Source: a virus (lineage: Duplodnaviria; Caudoviricetes). From it: a DNA stretch of 64,000 bases. The DNA is taken from IMG/VR virus record IMGVR_UViG_3300034375_009028; one strand, 5' to 3'. Positions 32,801 to 42,087 of the stretch are shown here, one piece after another. The stretch's first letter is position 1, and each line of letters begins with the position of its first letter. Position numbers and translations under genes: made by a program. Under the pieces are notes generated by a model. It saw nothing but the letters and a program-made list of their open reading frames with translations, was not told the origin of the DNA and did no database searches.

Positions 32801-35800
32801 ATTTTTTTACAATGCTAGATTGAATGACATCATCCCTATTTGTTTTTAGTTTTTGATTATTTCCTACTCCATAATCATTATATTTAATCAATTCAAAAAT
32901 AGATTCAGATCCAATACCAACATACTGGTTTGTAGATCCTATAGAAACTTTTTGTGTTGATAAACCAATATAATGATTAGAATAAGGTACAACGTATAAA
33001 GAATCAACATCAGTAAGATCTTTTGTTGTTGCTGCATAAGATACATTTATTGGAGTATCTGTATCATTTATTATATAAGATACTTTATCATTCAATATAA
33101 ATTTATGATTTGGTAAAAATATTGTATTTGGTATAGTATCTTTTGTTTTTACAGGATCCAGTTCTGGAACATTTACATACAATAGTCCACTCTTACCCTC
33201 CGAACGTTGAAGGGTGGAAGCATAATTTTCGTAGTAAAGACTTAAATTTTCTCTCTCAACTTGAGCTCCCCAAATATAAAATGTTGGAGTTGAATTTAGG
33301 GTAAATCCTGCTGGACCGTAAGTACCAACTCTAAAATTGTGTGTCCCCGAAGAAGTAAGTTGCTTAAATGTATATCTTCTATACGTATTTGTTAAAGTTA
33401 CTAATTGACCATAATATAAAATTCCATCATCAACTATTAAATAGACAGATTCTCCTCCTTCTTCACCCTTCAAAAATACCGAGAATACATTTTCTTCATT
33501 CGACAAGCTTACTCCATTATATCCATATAAAAAATAATCAGAGTTTCCTGTAGTATTTGCGATACTAATTTTAGCTGCTTCTTTTTTATTTTCTATAGGA
33601 GATTCTTGTAAATAATCAATAGATCCAGTGATATTGGCATCATCTTCCCAAGGAGTTCCTGGTAACTGTGATGATGAAATTGGATAAGAATATTCTAATA
33701 AATTCTCAGAATCTATTATAATAGATTCTTTAGGATTAAAATAATATTCAGAATTTGTATTGTATGATTTATCTGTAGATAATCCAGTATTAACTATTAC
33801 TTTTCTTGGTAATTCCTCAATAATATCACCAGAAGAATGTGTAGTAGAAATTGATCCAGCATAAGATCTTTCTATTTTTACAGTATAATTTTTACTGTAA
33901 ATATTCAAAATTTTAAACAATTCTTCATTTGATTTATATATATCACCAATAGATATTACAGATGTTAAGTCTCCATTGACTTTTAAATATGTGACTATGC
34001 CAGTTTGTGAAGAATTTTCTAAATCATTTAAAATAGTTAATCTATTACTCTTCTTAATTTCTAATGATTTGACAGGACCAATAAATTTTGTTGATATTAT
34101 ATTACAATTATCAATAATTGGTATATCCTGGTTTGTTATATCTATAAAGTGACTAGAAATTCCTAAGTAATTACCATCAGTGTCTAATCTAGAATATTCA
34201 AAATCTGGATAAGTATCTTCACTAAATGTAATAGTACCTATTTCCCTACCACTAACCGATTTTACAATGGCAAAGGCATTACTTCCAAAAGTTCCTTCAT
34301 TATTAAAATAAATTTCATCGCCTGCCGCATAATTTTCACCACCTGAGATAATATCTAGTTTATCTACAGAACCAGAACTAGTATTAGTTATTTTTGGAAG
34401 TACATTTTTAAATGTTTCTGGACTTACCAACCCATCATAGAATGTATTATCTTTAGAAAATCCAAAATATGATGTAAATCTAAACCAATTATCACTATCT
34501 ACAGATTTTCTAGATAAATTTGAAAAATCTTCAAAATTATATGGTATTGGTTTTGAATTAAAAGAATTTCCAATTACATAAGGAAATATTGGTTTTAAAA
34601 ATCCATTATATGGACCACTAGACTCTTTAGTGGTATTAAAAGTTGAAAAATATGCATATACTCCGTTTGGAAACTCTGGAGTTTTACAAAATCTTCCGTT
34701 ATTAATATCCAAATCTCCAGCATTAGTAAATACATAATCCTCAATAAAATATCCAGTTGGAAAAATGCTTACTGGTGGTCTATTCTCCACTATTGGTCTT
34801 AATTCATATCCACTACTCAACTGTTTAATGGCACCACCTTCAATATTTTCATATCCATATGGACCATATATTGGATTTCCATCATATGCCCATCCAACTA
34901 TGGGAGAGTGATATTTGATTGTATCCGAATCGTTAAGTAAATCTTGTTTAAATATTGGATTTCCTTCATTATCTAAGGATGATGCCAAACACTGCTCTCT
35001 AATTCCTCTTGGAGTAAATCCATGACCATAAGATAATTCTTTGGTAATATCTTTTGATTCATATATTATTCCATCATCATCATTTATTGATGATGTACTG
35101 AAAAGTTTTTCGACCAAATTTAAAGTCCAAGATTGGATATTGACATCAAAAGATACTCCAAATCCATTAGAAATTACTTCTATGAAAGTATCTTTCGTAT
35201 ATCCAAAACCTCCATTCAGAATAGTAACTGATTGTATTCTTCCATTAATTATAACAGGAGTTAAAATTGCATTAAATCCATCACCATAAATCTTGATCTC
35301 TGGGGCAGAGTTATAATTTGAGCCACCATCAATAACTGTTACTTCAATAATTCTTCCATCACTGGAAATAGTTGGTAATAATTTTGCATTTTCTCCATTG
35401 TATACATTAATAGTTGGTTTTCTATTATAATTGACAATAGAATTATCACCATATCCACTACCAGGATTTTTTACTGAAGTTGAAAAAATTTCTCCAGTAA
35501 AGATAGGATTTAATTTTCCAGTAAATGTTTGACTACTAACAGTGTTTATTCCTATAGGAGCTTCAACTTTTACTATTATTGGTGTATATGATACTCTGTG
35601 TTGACCACTTCCAAAATCTGAAAATGGAATACTTAATTTATTGTTGTAATTAAAGTCTTTATCAAAATCTGTTTGAAGTACTTCATATACTTTAAATTCA
35701 TCATCATTTACTCTTCTTACAAAGTATTCTGATGTTGATGATAATCCTGTAGGAAGAACACCATCACTATTAAAAATTACTACTTCCTTATCTAAAAATC

Positions 35801-38570
35801 CGTGATTTTTTATTTTAATTGTATCAAAATTCTTATTAATATTGTTTGAATTAAAATATAAAATTTTATTTGTATAGTTTTGTCCAGAATCCAAAACATC
35901 AACAGAAGATATACTGTTTTTTGCAGTTACTGATGTGATTTTATGGATACCATCTCCATAAGATGAAAATGTTATGGTGTTTATTCCAGAAACAGATTCT
36001 TCAAAACTATTATACAATTTTGCAGTTATTCCATCATTTGAAGTAATGTAATATATTGATCCATCTACTAATCCACCAACAGCATCTTGATTTAGAGTGT
36101 TATAAATAACAGCTTCATAATTTTTAAATCTATTGAACTTTTTAAAGTCTATAGTGCCAGTAGATAGATTTAATTGATTATATAAGTTAGATGCGTTGAA
36201 AAACACTTCATTCTTTTTACTGGATAAATTGCATTTTACTTTTGCACCAAAACCATTTCCACCACTAATGGTAACAATTGGTTCTGATTCATATCCAAAT
36301 CCAGGATCGATTACATCAACTCTTTTTAGACCACCTCTAACATTAGCAGTTACCAGAGCGTCTGTCCCAAATCCAGAAGAACCTCCTTCCCCAACATTAT
36401 CTACAATTTCTATTTTGGGTGGATTTATAACATCATAATTAGAATCTCCTGGAGAAGATACAATAACTTCTACAATTTTCCCATAAAAAACTGTATCGGT
36501 AGATTTATAATTTAATAATTCTATTCCATTTAAAAAGCACCCAGTAGACCCAGGACTTGTAATTTTCTCAGTATCTAGTGCTTCATTTGTTGGAGAATTG
36601 TATTTTCTTATTATGTCTTGTGGGTATAAAGTTTTATTATAAAATTTTGTAAATATAAGCTTATTATTAGTTGCCGTTCCAAATAGACTTAAGAAATTTT
36701 CGGATCTAATATTTGATCTACTGGAAGCTAATTTTATAGTGCTATCATTAACTCTCTTTATAAAATATTGACCTTCTGGTATGTTAAATCCAGAATTTCC
36801 ATCATAAGTGTAATATATAGAATCACCACTAAGAAATGGATGATTTCCAATTATCAATTCTTCAGTTGGGACTGGTAATACCTTTGAAAATTTTATTGTT
36901 AGTGTATTATCACCAACATCTCTTGATAGATAACTTGGTAATTGTGAAGAAGTTATATAAGTATCATCTTTATCAATATAAACATTTTGAATGTTACTAG
37001 AAACTATATTTAAGTTGGAATTGAAAAGAAATTTTGGTTTAGAAATATTTCTTTTGATAGTATATTTTTTATTTGTATCCAAAGAAGCAGTAATATTGAT
37101 ATCAAAAACTCTTTTATTTGAAAAACTTATAACAAAATTAGAATACTCTTCTCCAGAACTACTGTTTAATGTAAATACATCTCCTGCCCTAAAAAGATTA
37201 TCATCAAAAGTTTCTACTCTATATTGAGAAATCCCATTTAATTTTTCCGATACTTTAAATAAAGACTTAACATTATATGTTGGACCAACATTTAAAAACC
37301 AAGTATTGTGGATTTGTTTTGTACTTTCTTTCCCCAATGCTGTAATATTAACATTGTCATCTTCCTCATAAAAATAACTTTCTTCTCTATCATAACTAAT
37401 ATCTCCAAGAACACCCCTTACCCTTACTGTTATTATCTCATCATTATCATTGAATGAATATGCAAAATGATTATCTAATATATTAGTACCAGATTTTATA
37501 TCCACTGGTAAAGTTAAGTTAAAAAATTGATTATCATTTTTTCCATTATATTCTACTTTAGTTAAAACACCATTATCATAAAACTCAATAAAACCAGAGT
37601 CATCAAATCCTAAAGTAGAGTCTACATCCAAATATGTTTGTCCAGCAACTGCATTATCAGTAACTTTTGTTTTGGCATGAACAGAAAAATTGAAGAATTC
37701 TATATCTGGATTATAGTCTAATGTTAATGAATAAAATTCTGCACCTTCACTAATAACAAGCTCTGATGTTATGATAGTAGCAAAAGCACTTTTCTCTACA
37801 CCATTAACGTCTTCGAACAAGGTTCTACCAGCAAGATCCAGAGGATCTCCCTCATAAGGTTCAACAACAATTTTTCTTGTTACTCTAAAGTCAGCATCTG
37901 ATGATTGAATTAGATAATCTCTTGGTTTTATTATTTTACTTTCTACACCCCATACAATATTGAATAATATTTCAAATGATCTATCAGTTCCCCTTGAAGA
38001 ATAAAAATCCTTAATTCTAGATACTAATATTTTTTCATTTAATTCTTGATAAAAATCAATTTCTTCAAATCCAGGTGTGTATTGTGATTTGAATTTTTTA
38101 TATAACTCAAATAAAAACAGAGCATTTAAATTATATACAACAGTATTTGCTGTATGATCTTTTTTAAATGAAGTGGAAAATTTGAAATTGTCTTTGGTAT
38201 ATCCAGTTATACCACTAAATCCTCTTTTACAACCCAAAAATTCAGTCTTTGTTTTTTTATCATAAAATATAATTTCATCATCAATTTTAATTAAACCATT
38301 TTTAAAAGGAAATCCATCAGTATTTGTAACACTAATTGAATTTGAATTTGCAACAATATTAGAAGATAATTCAGTGTAAAATACAAGTTCAGATATATTC
38401 TCTAGTTTTGTGTAATCATTAATATTATTGAGAATATTTGTTGGACCACCAGAGGACTCTAAAGACTTATAATAATCCTTTAAGAGTTGTATGAAGTCCG
38501 AATAAGACTCTTTTACGTAAGATGGTTGCTGATCTGTGACTAAATTTTGAATTTGTACTCTATTTTTCAT
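26871..38570 (-). CDS. gp7: Giant baseplate wedge protein (gp7-like, 3899 aa)
   Basis: IKDFYSSRGT..SFEILF; HSPIVGWAYDGNPIYGPYG; DLDINNGRFCKTPEFPNGVYAYF; many GxGY repeat domains; lies between gp6 and gp8. Confidence 0.8.
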   Translation of the reverse strand: MKNRVQIQNLVTDQQPSYVKESYSDFIQLLKDYYKSLESSGGPTNILNNINDYTKLENISELVFYTELSSNIVANSNSISVTNTDGFPFKNGLIKIDDEIIFYDKKTKTEFLGCKRGFSGITGYTKDNFKFSTSFKKDHTANTVVYNLNALFLFELYKKFKSQYTPGFEEIDFYQELNEKILVSRIKDFYSSRGTDRSFEILFNIVWGVESKIIKPRDYLIQSSDADFRVTRKIVVEPYEGDPLDLAGRTLFEDVNGVEKSAFATIITSELVISEGAEFYSLTLDYNPDIEFFNFSVHAKTKVTDNAVAGQTYLDVDSTLGFDDSGFIEFYDNGVLTKVEYNGKNDNQFFNLTLPVDIKSGTNILDNHFAYSFNDNDEIITVRVRGVLGDISYDREESYFYEEDDNVNITALGKESTKQIHNTWFLNVGPTYNVKSLFKVSEKLNGISQYRVETFDDNLFRAGDVFTLNSSSGEEYSNFVISFSNKRVFDINITASLDTNKKYTIKRNISKPKFLFNSNLNIVSSNIQNVYIDKDDTYITSSQLPSYLSRDVGDNTLTIKFSKVLPVPTEELIIGNHPFLSGDSIYYTYDGNSGFNIPEGQYFIKRVNDSTIKLASSRSNIRSENFLSLFGTATNNKLIFTKFYNKTLYPQDIIRKYNSPTNEALDTEKITSPGSTGCFLNGIELLNYKSTDTVFYGKIVEVIVSSPGDSNYDVINPPKIEIVDNVGEGGSSGFGTDALVTANVRGGLKRVDVIDPGFGYESEPIVTISGGNGFGAKVKCNLSSKKNEVFFNASNLYNQLNLSTGTIDFKKFNRFKNYEAVIYNTLNQDAVGGLVDGSIYYITSNDGITAKLYNSFEESVSGINTITFSSYGDGIHKITSVTAKNSISSVDVLDSGQNYTNKILYFNSNNINKNFDTIKIKNHGFLDKEVVIFNSDGVLPTGLSSTSEYFVRRVNDDEFKVYEVLQTDFDKDFNYNNKLSIPFSDFGSGQHRVSYTPIIVKVEAPIGINTVSSQTFTGKLNPIFTGEIFSTSVKNPGSGYGDNSIVNYNRKPTINVYNGENAKLLPTISSDGRIIEVTVIDGGSNYNSAPEIKIYGDGFNAILTPVIINGRIQSVTILNGGFGYTKDTFIEVISNGFGVSFDVNIQSWTLNLVEKLFSTSSINDDDGIIYESKDITKELSYGHGFTPRGIREQCLASSLDNEGNPIFKQDLLNDSDTIKYHSPIVGWAYDGNPIYGPYGYENIEGGAIKQLSSGYELRPIVENRPPVSIFPTGYFIEDYVFTNAGDLDINNGRFCKTPEFPNGVYAYFSTFNTTKESSGPYNGFLKPIFPYVIGNSFNSKPIPYNFEDFSNLSRKSVDSDNWFRFTSYFGFSKDNTFYDGLVSPETFKNVLPKITNTSSGSVDKLDIISGGENYAAGDEIYFNNEGTFGSNAFAIVKSVSGREIGTITFSEDTYPDFEYSRLDTDGNYLGISSHFIDITNQDIPIIDNCNIISTKFIGPVKSLEIKKSNRLTILNDLENSSQTGIVTYLKVNGDLTSVISIGDIYKSNEELFKILNIYSKNYTVKIERSYAGSISTTHSSGDIIEELPRKVIVNTGLSTDKSYNTNSEYYFNPKESIIIDSENLLEYSYPISSSQLPGTPWEDDANITGSIDYLQESPIENKKEAAKISIANTTGNSDYFLYGYNGVSLSNEENVFSVFLKGEEGGESVYLIVDDGILYYGQLVTLTNTYRRYTFKQLTSSGTHNFRVGTYGPAGFTLNSTPTFYIWGAQVERENLSLYYENYASTLQRSEGKSGLLYVNVPELDPVKTKDTIPNTIFLPNHKFILNDKVSYIINDTDTPINVSYAATTKDLTDVDSLYVVPYSNHYIGLSTQKVSIGSTNQYVGIGSESIFELIKYNDYGVGNNQKLKTNRDDVIQSSIVKKYANIITKSPHGLVAGNEIDLSLSSNKTRTIKVSYDNLVYRTLVNKTEFSSSDVDIDLNTITINNHQFKTGDKVIYNSESPSIGLINSGIYYIISINSNTIALSTKYYSDISELDSSILVNIGSQQDGSISLINPELKFYKNENIIFDLSDRSLQYNEDPSFKFEFYTDVNFTNKYYSSSDKTDTFNVTYVGDIGSDGAYVQIKIDSDTPKTLYYKLTPINLPNTPVTKLNLKVDFSNIKNSSSIQILDSVYSGKSNISGITTTSFIIPLDSDPEQSSYSENDGIITYKSIYGTGPIAEVSLVSQGRNYRTLPYVTKVVSSQGSGAIFLPFSKSIGKIDNIKLLNLGLDYPSDKTLRPSAIFPSTYKIEPLSKFKKIKISSFGTNYFVPPQLVVIDGFTGRVNTEARLRYDIGDTEVNIIRNTTGLYNVTPKILPVNNPNGIRISNITFDSITNDVTVAFAVTFANASDFPFNVGDNVIIENTNIDLNIGGKGYNSSSYGYSLFKVKQSDPNIGGEFPSIVYNISDVLKVGESPGVYDEFESFGTATPESYFPIFDITLEKGSFNENELVIYEDNVGVVERYDQNNEYIKIRTNKKFSPGDIIYGQSSKNLALISSAFGSEGDYKVSSSSIVREGWKKETGKLNTFFQRLSDNDYYQYFSYSVKSPLDFTVWNPLVSNLTHTVGFKKFSDLILEPSDNDLYRMPTEQDDNVVVAISDLTESVNLNAVKDFDIAREKSIKVDESLVSNEILFNLPFLAEYREFIGNRVLTIDDISDQFDSNTKSFGIFEKNNPIFEVEFDGTDSNVVLVDQNNINLGNHYFVSGEEVEYIPHDENPNNGIQISPINWPGIGITSRLPSRFYIIKEDNQKISIAATVGDSLQFNPNRVDIVGVGAGVTHRIRSIDANNRLLITINGAIQSPLVGSGYTIATSSSIGIGDTNISVNTIDFIKSGDLLEIDNEIVLVKSVNKSLNQINVDRSVVGTKEDTHNSNQIISKLSGNFNIVGNNLNFSEGIWGKIPVGFGTTATSANEIDYTGLTTSSKFSGRVFLRSALNFLYTNDFDKAYDNNYVYDDITTQFNGISTTFNLSYEGNNITNIPYTNTILLIDGIFQGPQRISTPKYSIYGDYKLFVDGGNLKVGFNLNPTDPTITKDVNVNRLPKGGIIVSVGSTEGFGYQPLVSAGGTAIINPLGVLTSVAIGNTGSGYRSGLQTVKVGVRTDSDTIVYFGEAVVNGGYVTSVNITNSLSGYDQSNPPEVIFDAPLSYTNLPLIYSQGSSGIGTEATVDLVPSNDGTIRSFEIKNYGYGYNENDLLTVSIGGTVGIPTLTGISNFEHFELNVTEVFRSKFSGWNVGEFIILDDISKYFNGVRRLFPLQIDGEDISFYAKTSSGISLQSNLLVFVNDVLQTPGEGYQFNGGSRIRFTEAPKGQLVGFSTVGDTVKILAYTGTSEIDVRLVRVLPSVKVGDNVQIFSDVDSNLTQEERLVVDVKSADTIITNNYANVGVVLDELYERPISWIKQEQDIIIDNSFIGKDRVYYEPIINPTTNILNSIAITSEHVYVFDTSLFNISREGIEPTEQRRIEIIPTDQLISAEAEVVLNTNGTIDSINVTNPGFGYTAAPEITIQKPFIDGSQATAFALMSGSSVNSVNVSYGGTNYYNGPIKTLSIYSQGSGFPPLFGGETIMTSAKLHTVTGVGRNATVDISVNSETSITSLTSINDKGVNYSVGDILELKVYDNVGLASSYRRWPLENSIKFIVNEIEPPPILIAPPWRNTEESIFVNYYGDYGVIVGFDTSRISESTNQYFLGLDLFIPMDSDLRKNGVYDVGITTGDYFNITHTVFGDPSGGRVSLPSGFTAQTGPLPDPVGISTIFTDMVVQCYDWSEKIVTIPSGISGLPVGITTTVKNVIVILSNLAPGQNPSNTGFNSVELFGNYVWGKVDLTRRLRAKPFTAFSENQSGIGTNPILRRKLPLKYDGYFV

Positions 38571-38574
38571 GTCT

Positions 38575-40482
38575 TTATATTCTTACTAAGTCTTCGTTTA
38601 AGTAACTAGATGTAACTATATATCCTGATCCAGAAAGATCAGTTCCTGAACTGATAGTATCGTTTATTAAATTTACAGTTGAAGATGTTGTATCTAACTG
38701 TAGGTATAGGTCTTGTTTTCCTATAATATCATTTGATTCTGGAGTAGCTGATATTTCTATTATTTTATCTCCAGCAGCATTTAATTTTGTGGTTGAGATT
38801 ATGTTTAAGTAATTTAAATTAATCTCACCAGTTTTATAATTTATATTTCCTACCTTATTCTTTACTACTACTGGACTATTTTTTGACTGCAATCGGAATA
38901 TAAAGAGATCCCCATTAACATCATCTATAGGTTTATCTGCCAGATACACCACTCCAGATATGTCACTGACAGTAAATCCACTTGATTTTATGTTATAACC
39001 CGTTTTTCTTTTTATATAGAAAGAATTACCAAAGCAAATTTCATACTGTGTAGTTGTACCTTCAGTTATTTTTAGATCTCTTCTAATTGAAATTTTTGTA
39101 ATATTTGATGTTATTGATTCTGACGTATCATCAATCAACTTTAAAAATTTACTGTATTTGAATCTAGATCCATAACTATTTAATTCTTTAGATTTTGAAT
39201 ATAATTCTAAGTTATTCTGTATCTTGTCCTTAATCGTGTTAGCATAACCTCGATTTATATTATAATAAACTGAAGAATTGTATTCAATATAAAGATATTT
39301 TAAATCAATAAATTCTGGTATGATTCCAGCAACCGAATATTTTTTTAATTTTTGTTTTAATGAGTCTTTTAGTAAATTTGATAGATAAGTTCCATTTCTA
39401 GGTTTTACAGTAATAAAGACTTTTCCATATTGTGGAGGATTTAGTTCTTCTCCACCAAAAACAGCAACTGATTCTGTTTCTGGATAAATTAAAGGAACTA
39501 TAGTTTCATAATCTGACGCTGTTACTGCCCTATTTTGACTTGCATATAATCTAGGGGCGAATTTTTTTATTGATGATATTGATTCTATGGGTGATCCATA
39601 GTCACTAAATTCTATTGTTGTTAATATAGGAACATCGATATTAAGAGGATTTCCATTATTATCTGTTAATATTCCATTAAATTCAAAAGATCTAACTCCA
39701 TTAGCAAGTTCTCCTTTAGTCTTAATATAAGACACTATAATAAAGTTTTTATCTGAAAGAGCACTGCCAAATGTCCCATCACCAAATATTAATTCATACT
39801 TACTATCTTCAATTTCATTGATAAAGAATACTTTATCTGAAGATTTTACATTTGTAATATTATCTGCAAATTTATAAATTATAGAATTGCTGCTAGTCTT
39901 GCTATCCCTTACAGTTACTCTTATTGTATTTGTATCTATGTTATTATTGGATAATATAAATCTTTGATTCTTACTTAATGAATCTACAGTAAAAGTCTCC
40001 TCAATATAGTTACCTTCAAAAATATCAACATCTTTAAATTCTGCTAATTTTCCAGATACTCTAGATCTAATATCATCTGGAATTGAATATACAAAACTAT
40101 TTAAAAGTGATCCATCAGATGAAGAAGCTATAATTCCTTTTTTTACAACAACTGAAATCGGATTCTGATCATATTCTGTTAAATCGACATAAAAAGATAC
40201 CCTTGCTTTAGAGCACCTAACGGATCTTGGCAAATAACCAATATTTCTTGCAATAGATACTACGTTCTCTCTTAGAGTTGCTCCGTCTAAGAATACTTCA
40301 TTAGTCAACATATTAGCATTATAAGAGCTAATATATGTGTTGTATGCTAAAGTATCTAAAAGAACTCTAAAATTAGATCCTTCAAAATCATAATCCGTAA
40401 ATCTACCATCAGCTCTTAAAAAACTTTTGATAGATTCACGTATATCATTGAAGTCTAGTGATGATACGTTAACTAATGACAT
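38575..40482 (-). CDS. gp6: Baseplate wedge subunit
   Basis: LDFNDIRESIK, FTDYDFEGSN, QNRAVTASDYE, PPQYGKVFITVKP. Confidence 0.93.
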   Translation of the reverse strand: MSLVNVSSLDFNDIRESIKSFLRADGRFTDYDFEGSNFRVLLDTLAYNTYISSYNANMLTNEVFLDGATLRENVVSIARNIGYLPRSVRCSKARVSFYVDLTEYDQNPISVVVKKGIIASSSDGSLLNSFVYSIPDDIRSRVSGKLAEFKDVDIFEGNYIEETFTVDSLSKNQRFILSNNNIDTNTIRVTVRDSKTSSNSIIYKFADNITNVKSSDKVFFINEIEDSKYELIFGDGTFGSALSDKNFIIVSYIKTKGELANGVRSFEFNGILTDNNGNPLNIDVPILTTIEFSDYGSPIESISSIKKFAPRLYASQNRAVTASDYETIVPLIYPETESVAVFGGEELNPPQYGKVFITVKPRNGTYLSNLLKDSLKQKLKKYSVAGIIPEFIDLKYLYIEYNSSVYYNINRGYANTIKDKIQNNLELYSKSKELNSYGSRFKYSKFLKLIDDTSESITSNITKISIRRDLKITEGTTTQYEICFGNSFYIKRKTGYNIKSSGFTVSDISGVVYLADKPIDDVNGDLFIFRLQSKNSPVVVKNKVGNINYKTGEINLNYLNIISTTKLNAAGDKIIEISATPESNDIIGKQDLYLQLDTTSSTVNLINDTISSGTDLSGSGYIVTSSYLNEDLVRI

Positions 40483-40884
40483 TTATCTTGTGGGTAGTAA
40501 TATGAATGATAACTGCTGAGGAGAAGATTCAATGCCAACAATTAAATATTCTATATCCACATTTAGTTGGTTTAAATCATAATCTGGTATTACAACTACA
40601 TCTAAAAGTTTTACTCTAGGTTCGTTATTTTTTATAACAACTTCAATTTCTCTTTTTACATCATTAACTAGATCTTGTGAAATATTCTCAAATAGTAAAC
40701 GACTCAATAAAGACCCTATTTCTGGTTCAAAAAACTTCTCACCCTTTGATGTGAATACTAAATTTTTAATAGAGCGTGCTATCGCATCTTGATTTCTCAA
40801 TACAACAATGTCTTTTGTTAAAGGATTTCTTTTGAGAGAAAGGCTTATATCCTTAAACCCAGAACTGACACGCTCTATTGGCAT
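40483..40884 (-). CDS. gp25: Baseplate wedge subunit gp25
   Basis: FKDISLSLKRNPLTKDI, GEKFFEPEIGS, NNEPRVKL; immediately upstream of gp6. Confidence 0.9.
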   Translation of the reverse strand: MPIERVSSGFKDISLSLKRNPLTKDIVVLRNQDAIARSIKNLVFTSKGEKFFEPEIGSLLSRLLFENISQDLVNDVKREIEVVIKNNEPRVKLLDVVVIPDYDLNQLNVDIEYLIVGIESSPQQLSFILLPTR

Positions 40885-40906
40885 TGTAGTAGGTATAGTT
40901 ATGCTT

Positions 40907-40914
40907 TATTTATA
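40907..40914 (-). promoter_or_regulatory. T4 late promoter TATAAATA for the gp25-gp6-gp7 operon
   Basis: Exact consensus 22 nt upstream of the ATG. Confidence 0.8.
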
Positions 40915-40923
40915 CCTATTTTT

Positions 40924-41187
40924 TTACCATTCATGTCCCCAAGTAGGTTCTGTGCCATATGACCAATCATCATAGTCATTATCGTTACGAATTTTTTCGT
41001 GAATTTCATTTTGATGTTCAAAGTCATGCTTTTTTGGAGTGATATCATCTTCAACTATCTCCCTAAGCATTCTTTTTTCCGTATTTGATTGCAATTTTTT
41101 TGCTAATGAACCATAATCTGTTATTAATGCTTCGGTTCCCCACATTTCCATCATGTATTCTTGATTACGATCTGCTGGTTGTCCCAT
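40924..41187 (-). CDS. Hypothetical protein
   Basis: 87-aa ORF with an AGGAG SD. Confidence 0.75.
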   Translation of the reverse strand: MGQPADRNQEYMMEMWGTEALITDYGSLAKKLQSNTEKRMLREIVEDDITPKKHDFEHQNEIHEKIRNDNDYDDWSYGTEPTWGHEW

Positions 41188-41241
41188 TTTTGCTCCTGAT
41201 TGTTTAGATCAGAACTTTTTACGGGGTTGCTATCCCGTGAT

Positions 41242-41745
41242 TTATGTCCAGTGATTGTTTGGTTGTTCCCACCAGTAATGCAAATCTTCTATATTATCAT
41301 TATAGTATAGTGAAACCATATCACTTTGGAATTTACTATTGATATTTTCACATAATGCGACTGTATAATAGTTTTTTTCAGTATATTTTTTCATTATCTC
41401 TGTAATCCAGGTATAAGTTCCACCTTTAATTACACCTGCTTCTATCAAAACAAAGTTTTGCCAGTCTAAAACCCATTCAATATAGTTTAATTCAAAATTA
41501 ATTTGATATTTTTTGGGGTCTTCGTCTGGAAATGGTACGTTTACCGCTTCAATATGAAAAATCTCCCGCCCCATTGACAATGAGTGCGAGAGATGTTGAG
41601 TTACAATACTTGAATAATCAGGAGAAACGCACAAGAAGCAAGTTTTACTTGGATGAATGTCCCAATTGGACATTTTAATCTTATACGTTAACTCCTGAAT
41701 CAGTGCTAATTCTTTGTCTTGAGATATAAACTTCAAATTTTTCAT
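41242..41745 (-). CDS. Phosphoribosyltransferase-fold-like hypothetical protein
   Basis: FVLIEAGVIKGGT resembles a degenerate type I PRTase PRPP loop (VLIVDD...TG.T); AATAAATA at 41771-41778. Confidence 0.5.
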   Translation of the reverse strand: MKNLKFISQDKELALIQELTYKIKMSNWDIHPSKTCFLCVSPDYSSIVTQHLSHSLSMGREIFHIEAVNVPFPDEDPKKYQINFELNYIEWVLDWQNFVLIEAGVIKGGTYTWITEIMKKYTEKNYYTVALCENINSKFQSDMVSLYYNDNIEDLHYWWEQPNNHWT

Positions 41746-41773
41746 TCTAATTTAACCCAAGACTATGTTTTAT

Positions 41774-41914
41774 TTATTTTCCTTGACCCCTATACCGTTT
41801 ACGTGCTGCATTACGGGATGATGCTGCATATTTGGTATGCTGCCCTTGCCCTTGACGAGTTTTTTTGGGTTTGGATTCAATTTTAGTGTTACCAGAAGTC
41901 CTACGAGTTGCCAT
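41774..41914 (-). CDS. 46-aa highly basic peptide MATRRTSGNTKIESKPKKTRQGQGQHTKYAASSRNAARKRYRGQGK
   Basis: Manual translation; fills the gap between neighbours; below the ORF-track cutoff. Confidence 0.75.
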   Translation of the reverse strand: MATRRTSGNTKIESKPKKTRQGQGQHTKYAASSRNAARKRYRGQGK

Positions 41915-41919
41915 AATTT

Positions 41920-42087
41920 TTAATCAAATAAAGGATCAAGTTCAATAAGTTCAGGGTCAATGTCTGCACCTGAATAAAATTGCTCAGATAGATCTTGGAT
42001 GATATCCGAGCAATCGTCGAATGAGAGGTTTTTGTAAATTACTCGACCATTATAGCATAAGTTATAACGGCCTTGTGAATTACTCAT
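41920..42087 (-). CDS. Hypothetical protein (MSNSQGRY...)
   Basis: Start re-assigned to the ATG overlapping the upstream TGA. Confidence 0.65.
   Translation of the reverse strand: MSNSQGRYNLCYNGRVIYKNLSFDDCSDIIQDLSEQFYSGADIDPELIELDPLFD

Noticed and set aside
7655-37227. Many 60-115-aa antisense ORFs within structural genes
   Set aside because: Expected shadows of codon-biased long genes
9124-38570. Inteins or introns in terminase, portal or the giant structural genes
   Set aside because: No C1/His-Asn splice motifs or homing endonuclease motifs seen; gp17 and gp20 are of normal length
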